The notes: generated by a model not told the origin, from the sequence alone. DNA of 35,032 nucleotides from Gonapodya sp. JEL0774 (GCA_027604505.1 JADIIX010000188.1:1-35032), one strand, 5' to 3'; shown: positions 1 to 12,551, numbered from the stretch's first letter. A program made the numbers and translations.

Positions 1-89
1 CAGTGGCGGAGTATGCCCAGTTGTTATGTGCATCACAATTTAAGGTCTATTGCATTTTCTTGTTCGCCGCCCCCCCCCCCCAAACTCAG

Positions 90-695
90 ATGCATGCGAG
101 TGGCGACTCCTCCACGCCCGCGGACCGCCGCTTCTACCTCCGCATATACCTTCCACCGGACGCCAAGAGCAGCAAACCGCTCGTCGATGGGCAGCCCTGG
201 TTCTTCGACAAGGTGGGTGTGTGTACCACGCACGTGGCACATTGTCCTACTCGCGTGAACTCAAAAACGGACCCATAATCCGCCGTTAAAACGTGTCGTG
301 TGTTCGTTTGTCGTGATGGGCCACGCACCTCGTTGCCCTCCTCTGTCACTGTGTCGTGTTAGGACTGGACGCCGGGCAAGATCATTGACAGGCTCGCCGC
401 CACGTACAACATCCCCAACCCAAACGCAACAGAACGGGACGAGAGCAAGGTACCTTGAGGGAAAAAACCGACGTGACGTACTGCGACCGGCTTTTCGAAT
501 CGGGATTTCCGAGTTGTGACGGGTTCCTCTGCACCGCTGTTTGTACCACCAAACCCCGTTCCCGTTTCCACCGTACACGTACAGCGTCTCTGCCTTCGCA
601 ACCTGACCACCAATGTCCCCCTGCCCCTCCAAACTCCCCTCTCACAGTGTGAAGGACTGGAAAGTGGGAGTAGTGTGGTGCTCGGAAGAGGGTAG
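90..695 (+). CDS. ZFAND1: AN1-type zinc finger protein 1 (ZFAND1/Cuz1), C-terminal ubiquitin-like domain; 5' part lies outside the window
   Basis: Exons 90-212, 363-449, 585-695 (GT-AG introns, phase 0) give MHASGDSSTPADRRFYLRIYLPP...PWFFDKDWTPGKIIDRLAATYNIPNPN...KRLCLRNLTTNVPLPLQTPL...ESGSSVVLGRG*. This resembles the ZFAND1/Cuz1 C-terminal Ubl pattern (MHAxGD..P..ER.Y; FF...W..GK.ID). Confidence 0.8.
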
Positions 696-888
696 CAGGG
701 GGTCTCCCGAAGCGTGGTGCTACGACGACCAGACGAGAGGCTTGGAATGTATTCTGAATAGATATGTACAAAATAACGGGGCCGAGGTGTCGAGCATATC
801 GATGGAATCGATGAAGGAGATGGTGGAGTCTCATCCCATCGTCGTTGTGGTGTTCCCACAACGACAACAGAACCGAAGGGGGGGTGTT

Positions 889-1781
889 TCACGTGAGTTT
901 TAAGTTAGGGTTGTCGATAAGGACTGAAATTCGAGAGGTAGGAGAGTGGATGAGTGTGAAAAGAGAAGTCGTCACGTGGGTTCCCGTTGAAGGGAGCCTC
1001 CGCACACAAAGGAAGGTGAAGGAGTTTCGTTCCACGTGTGTTTGTGATTTCATGCAGCAAAGGTACAGGCGGCCAAGTCCAAGCCTGAGTCGCTGTCCAT
1101 GCATGTCTGCTTGTCTTTAAGAGGTTCTTTGAGGTTCCACCTCGACACGTGTGGTGCCGCTAGGTGCAGTTCGTCTTCGTCTGGTTGTATTCGGGCTTCT
1201 GCGTCGACGTCGAACCTCGGCTCCTTTCCGCCCTACCACCTGGCCGCGCATTTCCCATTCCATTCTTGACGCAAGAAAAAACTCACCTTCCACCAACGGT
1301 TGCCAATCCGTATCGTTTCCGGCCGCGATACTCTTGTAGAACCCTCCGACGGCGGCCTCCACCTGTCCCGTGTTCAAGAGTGCGAACGCGAGCAAGTGCT
1401 GCGCTTCCCGTTTTGTACGCTCGTTGCGAAGTGCGGGTGCCACGGATTCGATGACCGAGTGGAAGTCGCGGATTTTGTAGAATCCTCGGGCGGCGTAGAG
1501 CCACGAGATCGGGTCTAGCCGGAGAGGAGAGCACAGACGGTAGTTTGTCGTGGAGGGAAGGGAAATGATGGAGAGACGGAGGGAGTAAGGGCAGAAAATG
1601 TGAAGAGGAGATACATGGCACGTTTGATGAGCGGAAAATTGGCCAGAAGCGGACTTGTTGGGCGCCCGATGCGAAATCATCGCAGATGCTGGTCTCTTGC
1701 TCGACCAAGCGCACCTTTGGGATAGAAGCCGACTGATTCCTGAAGGAAATCCCGCACAGATTTCCGCTGTGCTTCAACCAT
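889..1781 (-). CDS. Small (109 aa) TPR-like helical protein of unknown function
   Basis: Exons 1781-1715, 1514-1287, 923-889 splice in phase to MVEAQRKSVRDFLQESVGFYPKDPISWLYAARGFYKIRDFHSVIESVAPALRNERTKREAQHLLAFALLNTGQVEAAVGGFYKSIAAGNDTDWQPLVEVLIDNPNLKLT*. TPR-like spacing (P.DP.SW...A; A..LLA..L...G..E.A...F). Confidence 0.75.
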
Positions 1782-2177
1782 GGGTTTGGGCGGTGACGAT
1801 GGCAATGTGCATCGCACTGCACAAGCCCGCCGCCCATCACTTCTTCGACGCCGAACCCCTGAACCACACCCGTCAACTATTGAGCCCAGAACCCAGCCCC
1901 CTGGTCATCATATCTGATAAAAATGAATGCAATCATGTAAGTTGTCTTCGGAGCTTAGCTCAAGTGGGGGGCCGGCAAAAACAGAGTATCTCCGATGTAC
2001 AACCAACTCCACTTGTTACAAGTACTCGACGGCGGTGCAGCGGCGTTGACGATTTACATATATTAGACAGTTTCTATATTGACAAACAGGTGAGAAGCAT
2101 CTATCTTGTCTAAGTGAATATACATCACAGGCACCACGAATGGCAGCACCTTCAAGTCCATCTGACGGCCTCCCCTC

Positions 2178-5100
2178 CTACGTCCTTGCCTTTTTCCTGG
2201 CCATGTATCGTTCCTTGACCTCTCTCAGCTTCTCCTCTCGTTCCTCTTCGAGTTTCCTCTTCCTCTCTTCAGCAGCCTCTGAATCGTCAGCACCCGCAAT
2301 CGCACCCTGTGCCCCAGTTCCCGAGGATTGTTTCTGGTGGCTGGTCTCCATTCGAGACTCACTCGCGGGGACCACGGAGATACCAAGTTCGACAGCTGTA
2401 CGACCAGTCAACTTCTCATCGTCAATTTGGCCGAGCTTTGGAAGAAGATGTTCGATCCAACTATAATCCACCTGGGAGACTTGACGCATGGTGGCCTTGT
2501 TGGTGAACACTGAATGATCACGCACAGTCAAGAAGATCTGCATCAGTCGATTCGCGGTACATACCACCATGCACAAGTCTTACAATCAACCGAAACCTAC
2601 CAACATCATTGTACACTACCCATTCTATGCCGCTGTCCCCTGATCCAGGTTCCTCGTGCAACGCACTCTGCGCGTGGACGTACATGGCCAACATCCCCGA
2701 ATTCGAATCAACTCGAGAAACCTTGCTCAGACCTGACGAAGCAGCGTACGAGTAGTAGTAAGGCCGGTCAACATGGCGTTTCGCAGCATTAGGGTAGAAG
2801 GCCGCACATAGCGCCTTGAGCACAGGAGTCGGGTCGTACTCTCCATCCGGGGCTGCCCATCCCCTCTTCTTCGATCCCGACTTCACCTTATCTTTATCCA
2901 CTCTTCGACTTGAGCAACTTTTGTCTGTATCCAGACCAAGCCTCTGCATTATTTGTTTGATCTGCTCTCTCACATTTTGCGCGGTCTTCATCGCTCTGTG
3001 GTGGACATATGTCCCAAAGCACCACTCTCTGTCATATCCCGAATCCGACCAGGCATCCCAGACACGCAAGAGTGTGAGATGGTCCCCACTCGGATGTGCG
3101 AACGCACGCCGAGTCTGATCAGCTTTCGCACGCTTATGTTCTCCTCGGGGCTCGACCCAAATAGATTCGACGGAAAGCATGGCGGCGATAATAATCGCTT
3201 CCCTTGAGCAAGAGTAATCCCGTGCGGCAGCAATAAGCATGCGCGCGAGGAAAGGAGATACGGGAAACGCCGCGCAGAGGTCCCCAATCGGAGTGAGATC
3301 ACCACTAGGATCAAGAGCTGGTGAAAGAGGGGGTTGAAGTAAGATAAACTAGTATTTTCATATGATCAGTTGGAGACAAATTGGGGTACACCCGGCTCAC
3401 CGTCCAACAGGAAAAGCTGCCTTATGGCGGCCAACTCCAGATCCTTCTCCGGTGGATCGATAAACTCGAACCCGAGAATGTCCTTGATACCCATCTTTTT
3501 AAGGTCCAAAACAACCGCCAACAGACTGGACCTCTGTATTTCGGGAACCGTCTCGGGTTCCATCTCTTCGAATGCCTCTCGGGAATACAATCTGTAACAT
3601 TCACCATGAGTTGTCCGACCTGGAATGGGTCATCAAGTGTTGAGCGTCCGGTTCACAATTAGTCCCACAACTTCACAAGGCGCGTGCCCAGTAGTCACCT
3701 GCCCGTCCTGCTCTTTGGGTCGCCGCTGATTGACTGATGGGTACCGCAAGTAACGCGTCCATCCCGGTCGCCGCGTCGTACTGTTTCTGTTTCACAAACC
3801 CAGAGTCAACGACATAGCGGATACCGGGTATGGTGATGGAAGTCTGTTAACATTCATATGGGGAGAATCGGTTGGTGGCTGAAATCGCCTCATTGTCCCC
3901 CTTCCCCGTTCGGCATTTCTGTTACCTGCGCAATGTTTGTCGCAAACACTACCTTCCTGATTCCCTCTCGCGGCTCTTCAAAAATAGCCCTCTGCTCCCC
4001 GCTCTCGAGGGCTGAGTATACTGGCAGACACTTTAAGCCTCGAATTGATTTGTCCGAGACGTCGTGGGGATAGTTCAACTCCCCGTGAGCTTCCTCAGCG
4101 CGGCGGACGGCTGTCTCGATGTCGTCTTGGCCAGTAAGAAATACGAGAATATGCTACAATTGACAGAGAAGATAGCGTGAGTTGGCGATAATCGGTTGTT
4201 GCTTGATATTAGAAAGGAATCTTGCTCCTGGGATGTCCAAACGTACCCCTGCTGGCCTGGTAGCATGTATGTGCATCGCTGTGTCCACGGCTCTCTGAAC
4301 AAAGGTACTCTTGAGTGTTGCGAGTTTCATTTTCTTCTGGCTATGTGGGAGCGGGAACGAGACCGATGCAGCTGCACAGAATCAGTAGGATACCCAGGAC
4401 CCCCAGAATCACGCTCCCCCAAGTCCAAGACAGCACCCACAAAAATGTGTCAACTTGGAAAGTTCTCCCCGGGACAGAGAAGCAAGGGGCATCGTCCAAG
4501 AAGGTGGAGAACTTTTCCACGTCCAGTGTGGCACTCATGACAAACAGTTTGAGCTCAGGTCGTGTTTTCCGGGCACGCTTCAGTAGTCCCAATAACACAT
4601 CTGTATCTAAGGAACGCTCGTGTGCTTCGTCAATCACGATAGCCTGGTAGGCGGACAGGGCGGGGTCAGTGCAGGCTTCGCGGAGGAGGACACCATCGGT
4701 CTGGAACGGAGAAAGAGTGTGGAAGACCAACATGAGTACACTATCAGATACAAGTGACATTGAAAGTTTTCAGAGACGTGAAGAGCGTCGTCTAAACATA
4801 CCATGTAGACAATCTGAGTGTCGTTCCCAACCGCAGTTTCAAATCTTATCTTGTACCCCACACGGAGCCCAACGCGAGATTGCCCAAGTTCTTCCGAATG
4901 TAATTTCACAAATGAGATCAGAAAATACAGCGGGTAAAACGGGCGAGAATCGTCATAAGCACGGTTATTGGTTGAGTCGATGTTAACGCACCTTGGGAAA
5001 CCCGCTGAGCAGCTGATGTGGCGGCAATACGACGGGGCTGAGTGACCTGAAGAGCGCAATGGAGTGATGAAAATGAAAATGCCGCGGCAAGATGACATGA

Positions 5101-5384
5101 GACGCCTGGTCAAGAACAACCCACCGCAACCCGCATGGAACCATCTTTACCAAATGCCTCCAGTAAGTACTGCGGTACTTGTGTGGTCTTACCAGAGCCC
5201 CTGTTTCGTCGATGCATGGGAAACTGTGAAGCATCCTCTCACGCAAGTAGTGTGTGTACCGTAACGCTCACGTGTCCCCGACTATTACAAGCACTGGGTA
5301 TTGATGCATGGCATCGATGAGTGCATCACGAAAGCCAAAGATCGGGAGGTTTTGGCGCTGCTCCGCGATGGAGGTGGGCGTCAT
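2178..5384 (-). CDS. DHX40: DEAH-box RNA helicase, DHX40-like (multi-exon)
   Basis: Spliced motifs: GDTGSGKTT (I), TQPRRIAA (Ia), DEAHER (II), MSAT (III), LVFLTGQ (IV), ATNIAQTS (V), QRAGRAGR (VI), then HA2/OB regions (AAMLSVE, GDHLTLL). [25 protein letters not shown] and the C-terminal ERYMARK recall DHX40 rather than Prp22/Prp43. The helicase call is strong; the DHX40 orthology is moderate. Confidence 0.85.
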
Positions 5385-5743
5385 GCGAAGATGGGAGTTT
5401 TGGTTTGCACAGCAATTCTCCGCAGCACTCAGCTCAAGTGAGCGGCGCTGAGACATCACAGTGACAAAGTCGGAACTAATAATTCATGTCTTTTCCAAGT
5501 GAATCTAATTCGTCTCCAAGAGCTGATCATTTCCATTTCCTGCCGAGCTGTGGAACTTAGACTGACCAGTGAATCCACCTCCGAGGAAGTAAGAGAGTGT
5601 GCACGTTAGTATTACTATGTATACACAACCGTCGTCGGAAAAAGTCGATGTACATAACGGGAATGTGGGGGTCCAGATCAGAGGCAACACTCACAGGATC
5701 CCAAGTTGCCGGCCGCACGCGGACTCTGGGACTCTCTTGAGTG
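5385..5743. promoter_or_regulatory. Divergent promoter region between the DHX40-like gene and the Cys-rich membrane protein gene
   Basis: Head-to-head start codons at 5384 (-) and 5744 (+), about 360 nt apart. Confidence 0.5.
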
Positions 5744-7458
5744 ATGAAGCGTAGGAGATCGTGCGCGGGCGGATTAAGACGACGGATCGCAGGGCTTTCG
5801 TTTGGATTGTTCTCTTTCGTGGGCAGAGGAGATGCAGCGTTGCCATTAGTCGGTCGCTCCCCATTGGCTCTCCATCGCCGCCAAGCAACCTGCCCGATTG
5901 GTCAACTTGATTGCGGAATAGACATTTGTCTTCCGGGAAACTATCTTTGTGTGAGTGACCAAACTTCTCGAGAAATTCCAGAGACTCGGTCTGAGTAATG
6001 GACACTCCCCGCTTGCACCCAAGTGTGCAACCGAAACCCTTGGTTTCTGCGCTCCAGAGATCGCATGCGAGTGTTGTCCGATTGCAACTCCGTATTATTG
6101 TCCAACTGCGTGAGTTTTTCCGCCCTCCGAAAACAAAGGTTCGAAAAACACCCCAACGAGTTGCTACTCATTCATAGCACAAGCTCATGCATTGCAGCTG
6201 GCGCAAAGTGTCCGCAGCAAGCTGCCATGTCTTCCTCATCATCGATGCCACGTTCTTCAGCGCGTAGCACGGTCTCGTCTCGCACCGTCTCCTCTACCCT
6301 TGTTCCGACAACTTTGGCCGTCCAGACCACCACGATTGTCCGAACCACCACAATAAACATTCCTTCTTCACAACTACCGATTCCAAGCCCTTCAACTCTT
6401 GCGATGCCATCTCCGACACTCGGGTCGACAATTTCTGTGACGCCTCTAACATCCACTACTCGACACACGACCATGGTGCTCGTACCCTCAACTTATCTCT
6501 ACTATTTTACCACGGCTTCTACGACGAACCATAAAGAAGCCGCGGGAGCTCTTGTGACTTCCACAGCGGATGCGGGACGCTCAATGATTACGTAAGCTCA
6601 TTGACAAAGTCACTGTCACGAAATGTTCAAAACTTCTTTTTCGCCAGCTCCACAAGCTCTGTCACTGACGAACCCTCCAGCTCCGCCATCAACGTAACTG
6701 CTGTCATTGCTGGTGTTGCTGCTGCTCTCGTTCTGGTGATCGCTTTCTTGGCGGCGTGTCTCTCCGCCCGGTGGCGGAAGAAGCAACACCAGGAGGCGCT
6801 GGAGGTCCCAGAGAAATGGGATACCAAGATCCCGGCCTTCCATTCATCGATTCGACCGAGCTGGGCGACTCCACTAAACCGAGGTGGCGGAGGATTCAGG
6901 TGGGCCCTGTGGCAGTAGAAGGAGTTTGATGGACAACCCTGTTGAAACGCTTGTTCCTGCAGCCTTACCCCTGCTCTGTCACTGCCAACTTCCACCCAAT
7001 ACGGCATGTCGTACTTTGCTAAGCCACCGCAACAAGAAAGGGACGCACTCGAGCCTCCATCGTCTGGCAGTAGTGGGTTTTCGCAGTGGTGGGGAAAGTC
7101 CCGGTCATGGAACTCTCTGCAGCAGCAAAATGAGGTGCGGTACACCTTCGGTACTCACCATTCCGGTTTTGAGTTCACTCATGTATTATCCCGGCCCTAC
7201 ATAACTAAACAGGGTTCGAGACACTTACCCCAAGAAGAGCCTTTATCGGAGCCCTCGAAAGGTCCTGGAATTCTGCCACGGCGCGTTGGAGTAAAGCAGC
7301 AAATGAGGACATCGCAACAACTCTCTTGGTCAGGAATGTTCGGATCTTCCCTGGCACCAGTGCCCAACCAGACATCAGAAGCTTCTCCCCAATCACTCCC
7401 GGATGATGGAGAGGAGACTCCCCCATCCAAATTAATGTACACACTTCCGTTTGAATGA
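5744..7458 (+). CDS. Type I membrane protein: 12-Cys ectodomain, Ser/Thr-rich stalk, one TM helix, cytoplasmic tail (surface-sensor-like architecture)
   Basis: Exons 5744-5950, 6024-6109, 6178-6591, 6648-6899, 6963-7458 (probable extra in-frame intron 7135-7212) are all phase-compatible. TM: VTAVIAGVAAALVLVIAFLAACL followed by RWRKK. Confidence 0.75.
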
Positions 7459-7897
7459 GCCACTCTAATTAGCACGCGTAGATTTTGTCTCGTATTTCTG
7501 TGTATTTCATTTTGAACCTATAATAATTCTTCTTGGCAACGCACCTTTTCCAAACCTCGTGCAATGCCTTCGTGATTGCCGTGAGTGTGGTTCGAAAGAA
7601 GCTCATTCATTCAAAAGCTTGGTCTTTGTCATCGACATTGCAGGCCACAGCAACTTTTTTTTTTTGTTCCTTACCATTGTGTGATCCACATGAGTCTGTG
7701 CCACACCGGTATTTCGCAAATTATGGCGCCATCGTTTTTCCACCCACTTGCTTTGATAATAATCCATCTCGAAACCAACTTCCGTTTTAAATCCAGTTTC
7801 CCCCCCATATAAGAACACAACGTTCTCTCCATTCCCCAATATTTACAATCTCTCTTCATCTCAAGTCTGTTCTCAACTCGGCACTTCGCTCCTACCA

Positions 7898-9075
7898 ATG
7901 GCTCCAGTCGCAAACTCGTCGGAATTCTACCTGCAACCCGATATATCCGTACCTGCAAGCGCAATTCGGCGCAAGTCATCCGCTTCCAACTCGAAACTTC
8001 CTCCTGCATACGCTCTAGCACTTGTCGACGACGCATCTGTGACTGGCCCCGCCCGTCTTCCCAACGCCGTGCACCTCTCCCCTCCTCACCTTAAAGCTCT
8101 CAACGCACGCCTCTCCCGCCTGCCAGCCGATCGTGTCATCGAATGGGCACTTTTGACTTTCCCTGGTGTGCTGTACCAGACCACATCATTTGGCCCGACC
8201 GGATCCGTCATTATCCACCTTGTGCAACGTGCAATTACTCGCCTCAACGAGGAGCTCTCCCGCGACGCTAGCGATGGCGAGGCATCAGCGTCTGTCGGTC
8301 CCGTCCCCCTTATTTTCATCGACACACTGCATCACTTTGAAGAGACCCTCGATCTTGCACGGAGAGCCTCCAGCAAATACAACGTACCGCTTTTGACGTT
8401 CAAGCCGGAGGGATGCGAGACGAGGGAGGACTTCATCAACAAGTACGGTGATAAACTGTGGGAACGACAACCGGAAAGGTTAGGCCTCAGTTGCAACTCG
8501 ATTCTTGTAGTTTTATGCATTTTATTGACGTCAGATTTCGTGTGGATGCATAGTTACGACTTTCTGGTGAAATCTGAACCATCCCGCCGTTCCTATGTAC
8601 AGACTGGCGCCGCCGCGGTCATTACTGGTCGTCGGCGAACGCAACGTGGGGAGCGAGGGGCAATGCCCGTCGTGGAAGTGGAAGAAGGATCCGGACTCAT
8701 CAAACTCAACCCTTTGGCCTTCTGGACTTTTGACCAGGTTTGGGAGTACATTAGGAGCAATGACGTGAGTTCAATGAGTGGAGTTGTTTGCATCATTTTA
8801 TTGTTTGTAACCATCGTTCTCCACTTCAGCTTCCTTACAATGCACTCCATGACCGTGGCTACACCTCGATCGGTGACTACCATTCGACTCAACCTGTCAA
8901 GGCAGGTGAAGGCGAACGAGCGGGTCGGTGGAAGGGACAGCAAAAGACGGAATGCGGTTTGCACAAGGACTATTTCGCAATGCGCCGCAAGTTTCTAGAG
9001 CAGCAGAAGGAGAAGGAGAGGCGTGGAAATGCTGATGCCGCGGATAAGGGAGACGTGGTGGAGGTAACACAATGA
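7898..9075 (+). CDS. MET16: PAPS reductase (phosphoadenosine phosphosulfate reductase)
   Basis: Exons 7898-8478, 8554-8764, 8830-9075. Motifs [58 protein letters not shown] and catalytic KTECGLH. No 4Fe-4S Cys motifs, so PAPS type. Confidence 0.95.
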
Positions 9076-9543
9076 TCTGTTTTGGCAAACATTTACCACG
9101 AGTCTCGATCAGCGGCGCTGATTAGATCTACATTGTAAAAATCACGTATTTCTTGTGTATATCGAAACATATAAATGAAATCGAGTAGATACCATTTGCG
9201 AATTGAGATATTCCGGCTATTGGCCACAGATGTTTCTGTGAATCTCCAACTCATGAATCCGAAGAGCAAAAGTGAGTTACTATGTAATACAAGTTAAGTT
9301 ACGGAAATTGTCAATTGATCGCGGATGCCGTGAATGAAGTGCTGTGGGATCCATGGGCGAGGTGCATAGCTACATTGTCGAGTCAACTGGCGCCGTAGAT
9401 GTTTAGGAGTATTTCAGTCGCGAGTAACGCATTAAGATATATTGGGCGCACTGCCCATGCCTGATACCAATTGGATGTGATTGATTGAACATACGAACAT
9501 GAGCGAGAGTACTGAGGGCTCCTCACAATCGCGTAGCCCCATT

Positions 9544-10066
9544 CTACACCGCAGCTTCTTCTCTCTCCTGAGCCATTGCAAATGTGATGAGTCTTTGACG
9601 CTCAAGAACGCTTCCTTCCCGCGTCAGCTCGATCAGGTACGAGAACGCGAGACTACCATGAGGGGAACACACGGAAGAAGAAACGGTAAAAATAGAAACA
9701 TGCACAAAGCCAACTGGTTTCAAACAAAGCACCAACTGACAATAGTCCTCCAACCATTGTCACCACCATGAGAATCATGGTCAACAAAATCGCCCATCGC
9801 GGGAGCAGTGTTCTTGCAGGTCGATCACGATCTTTTCCGCCGTGCCCGAGTCCCGTGGAGAAGACAGGCGAGTCATCCACAGAATTTCGTTCACTTGGCA
9901 GCAGGGAGGGACCAGCGGGTGTCGCTGTGCCCGAGAGATGGCTCACATCAGCGCCTGCAAGGGAGGAAGAACCAGAGGCGAAAAGGGCGACGAGAAGCAG
10001 GGATGCTGCTAGACAGCATAATACAAGGACGCGCCGTCGCGTGGGAGTTTGATGGCTGGTTTCCAT
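9544..10066 (-). CDS. Small (144 aa) membrane protein with N-terminal hydrophobic segment and one further TM helix, function unknown
   Basis: Exons 10066-9741 and 9652-9544 (intron GTCAGT...TAG, phase 2). Hydrophobic stretches VLVLCCLAASLLLVALFA and WAILLTMILMVVTMVGGLFLAFSYLI. Confidence 0.6.
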
Positions 10067-10500
10067 GATGGGGGTTCAACTATATGTATTAGAAAAGGTG
10101 ACAAGGCCAGTTGCTTTGAAGGGCGGTAGCACGTGCAGAATCACCTGAGGAACAGACTGCCCACAAATGACGGAACATCCATCTCATTCGTTCCACATTC
10201 TAGAAAGCATCTAAGCATAGTCTCTTAGTTCCTATGTATGACGAGAGCCATCATCGCAATCTATGAAACAACTTTTCTGGGAGATTGAACTGGAATGGGA
10301 GGGTGTGGAGGATTCAGGAATGCTCCATAGTTCGTCTTCTCTAGCATGGACTATTTCAGATTACCAAAAATAGTGAATGGAGAGAACCTGAAAGTGGAGG
10401 GGCGACCCAGCTTGTAGGACCCTCAGAGGGCACCTCAGTCGCCCGCCTCCATGAACCTATTCCACGTTCCGTTCTGGAAGGAGGAACAACCGGCTGACGG

Positions 10501-12551
10501 ATGCGAAGAAGGGGAAAGATGCATCACGTCACGCAAGCAGTCTTATCGCAACGGCGCGTGCTCTCCTTCGTGGCAAGACTTTGGACTCTGACAGTTGCTG
10601 GGACGCTCCTTTCGACACGAACCAACGCCTTCCCAACGCAATCCCACGTGAATCACGTCTCTTCTGTTTATGACACATTGTCCTACCTCCATATTACCGA
10701 CCTGCACATTGACCCGTTCTATGTGCCGGATTCGGACCCTGACAAGGCCTGTCACCGTGGAAGTGCCCCTGCGATATTCCATTCTGCTGCATCTGGGAGC
10801 TTCTCACGAAAGCGAAAGAGGGCGGACCCGACTCCAGGTCGCTTTGGTATGAGGGGTAGTCAATGCGACAGTCCCGTTGCTCTCATCGAAGACACATTCG
10901 CCTTTTTGGGGAGTCGGTTCACCAACTCTTCGCCAGCGACGCCTCTTGGAGTTGGCGTTTACCCTCCACAGCCGCCATTTGTGGATTTGGTGTTGTGGAC
11001 TGGTGATACCTCGTGAGCACAGACTACTCGTTGATAGCCACGTCATCATTAAGTCGTGCTGCTTACGGTTGGCGTATTGTTGCCTGAAACAGTCGTCACG
11101 ACCGAGACTCCAATCTTCCCAGAAAGTACAAGGATATCATGAGCGCAAACGAGCAAGCCGTTTCCCTCTTTTCGCGAACATTCAACCTGTCCTCCACCAT
11201 CGTGGTCCCAACTATTGGTAACTGGGAGGTTTATCCCTCGGACGACCTCGACCCCGATGGTGCTGCTCAGTCTTTTAAAGATCTGTGGCAGCTATGGAAA
11301 CCACTCTTTGCTGACGCTCCTGCGTCTGAGGGCAAGGCCATAAAACAGAGCTTCAAGGCTGGTGGTTACTTTGCACGCACAATTCGGCCTCCCACACAAG
11401 AAAGTTCTGGGCTGAAAGTCATAAGCCTAAACTCAATGTAAGAAAAAAAAATTGATGGAAAGGGACAGAATTGCCCCGTTCTGCCTACTGACGATGTCTG
11501 TTTTTAGCTGGCTTTACAAGCAGAACTCTAAAGTCAGCGATTGCCCGAAGTTGAAATCCCACCTTCAATCCCAATCCCATCCGGCAACACCCATGTTTGA
11601 ATGGCTTCGCTCGACTCTGAACGAGGCCAGAACGGCCAACTACACTACCATAATTATCTCTCACATACCGCCTTTGGACCTCGGGGACCCACTGTACAAT
11701 AGCAACTGCCTTGACTCGTACACCGCAATCATTGGCGAGTTCTCCGACGTCATTCTCTTCAGTACACATGGCCACACCAATAAAGACACGGTCTCCTTCG
11801 TGTCGAAAACAAAGAATGGATACGACATTGCATCGATGCCCGGCGCCAAAATATCGGCAGGCTCTATTGTTGGGATGGTGTGGACTGCTCCAAGTGTTTA
11901 TCCCGTCTTCAATCCCGGTTTTCGGATAGGACGAATGTCCGCACCGGAGCAGTCCTGGCAAATTGACGGGTGGACTCAGGTACGCTCGTATGCTCATCCG
12001 AGCTGAATTCCACTGACTTCACGCATTTATGTTGCTTCGTGTGATCTAGTGGTACGCCGACGTTGTGGATGAAAACAACAATTACGACGACTCGTTTCCC
12101 GACAATGCCTCAGAGTCGTCGTATAGAATTCAATACAGTATCGGTGAGTGAAATAAATGATACTAGCGACGAATGCTCACTCACCTAATGATTCTGCCAC
12201 AAGAGTATGACACATCAGTGGAGTACGGATTACCAAACTTAACTGCCTCAGCGTTTTCGACATGGTATCGCCTCTTTGTCACCAACAGCGGGGGTATAAA
12301 CAATAACTACAGTCGATTCATTTATGTGGGAACTTCACCCGTTGTGCCACAACTGGGACTGGCAGTAATTGGAATCCTGGTGGTTGGAGGTATTTTCGCA
12401 GGGTTGGCCACGTGAGTTGCGCCAGTTGTGCACTTTCAATTGCCCCAACTAAATTATGTCTGCATTACTTGGATCTACAAGATGGGGCGTGCAGCGTACG
12501 TTCCTCACGCCACAGAGAACAGTGGACGAAACAAGCCCCTTACTTCAATGA
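10501..12551 (+). CDS. PPN1: Endopolyphosphatase Ppn1 / acid-sphingomyelinase-like calcineurin-fold metallophosphoesterase with C-terminal TM
   Basis: Six exons (introns approx. 11013-11091, 11438-11507, 11980-12049, 12144-12203, 12412-12481). Motifs LHITDLHIDPFY, CDSP, LWTGDTSRHD, PTIGNWEVYP, ISHIPP, HGHTNKD, APSVYPVFNPGFR. Start may be ATG 10501 or 10519. Confidence 0.85.
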
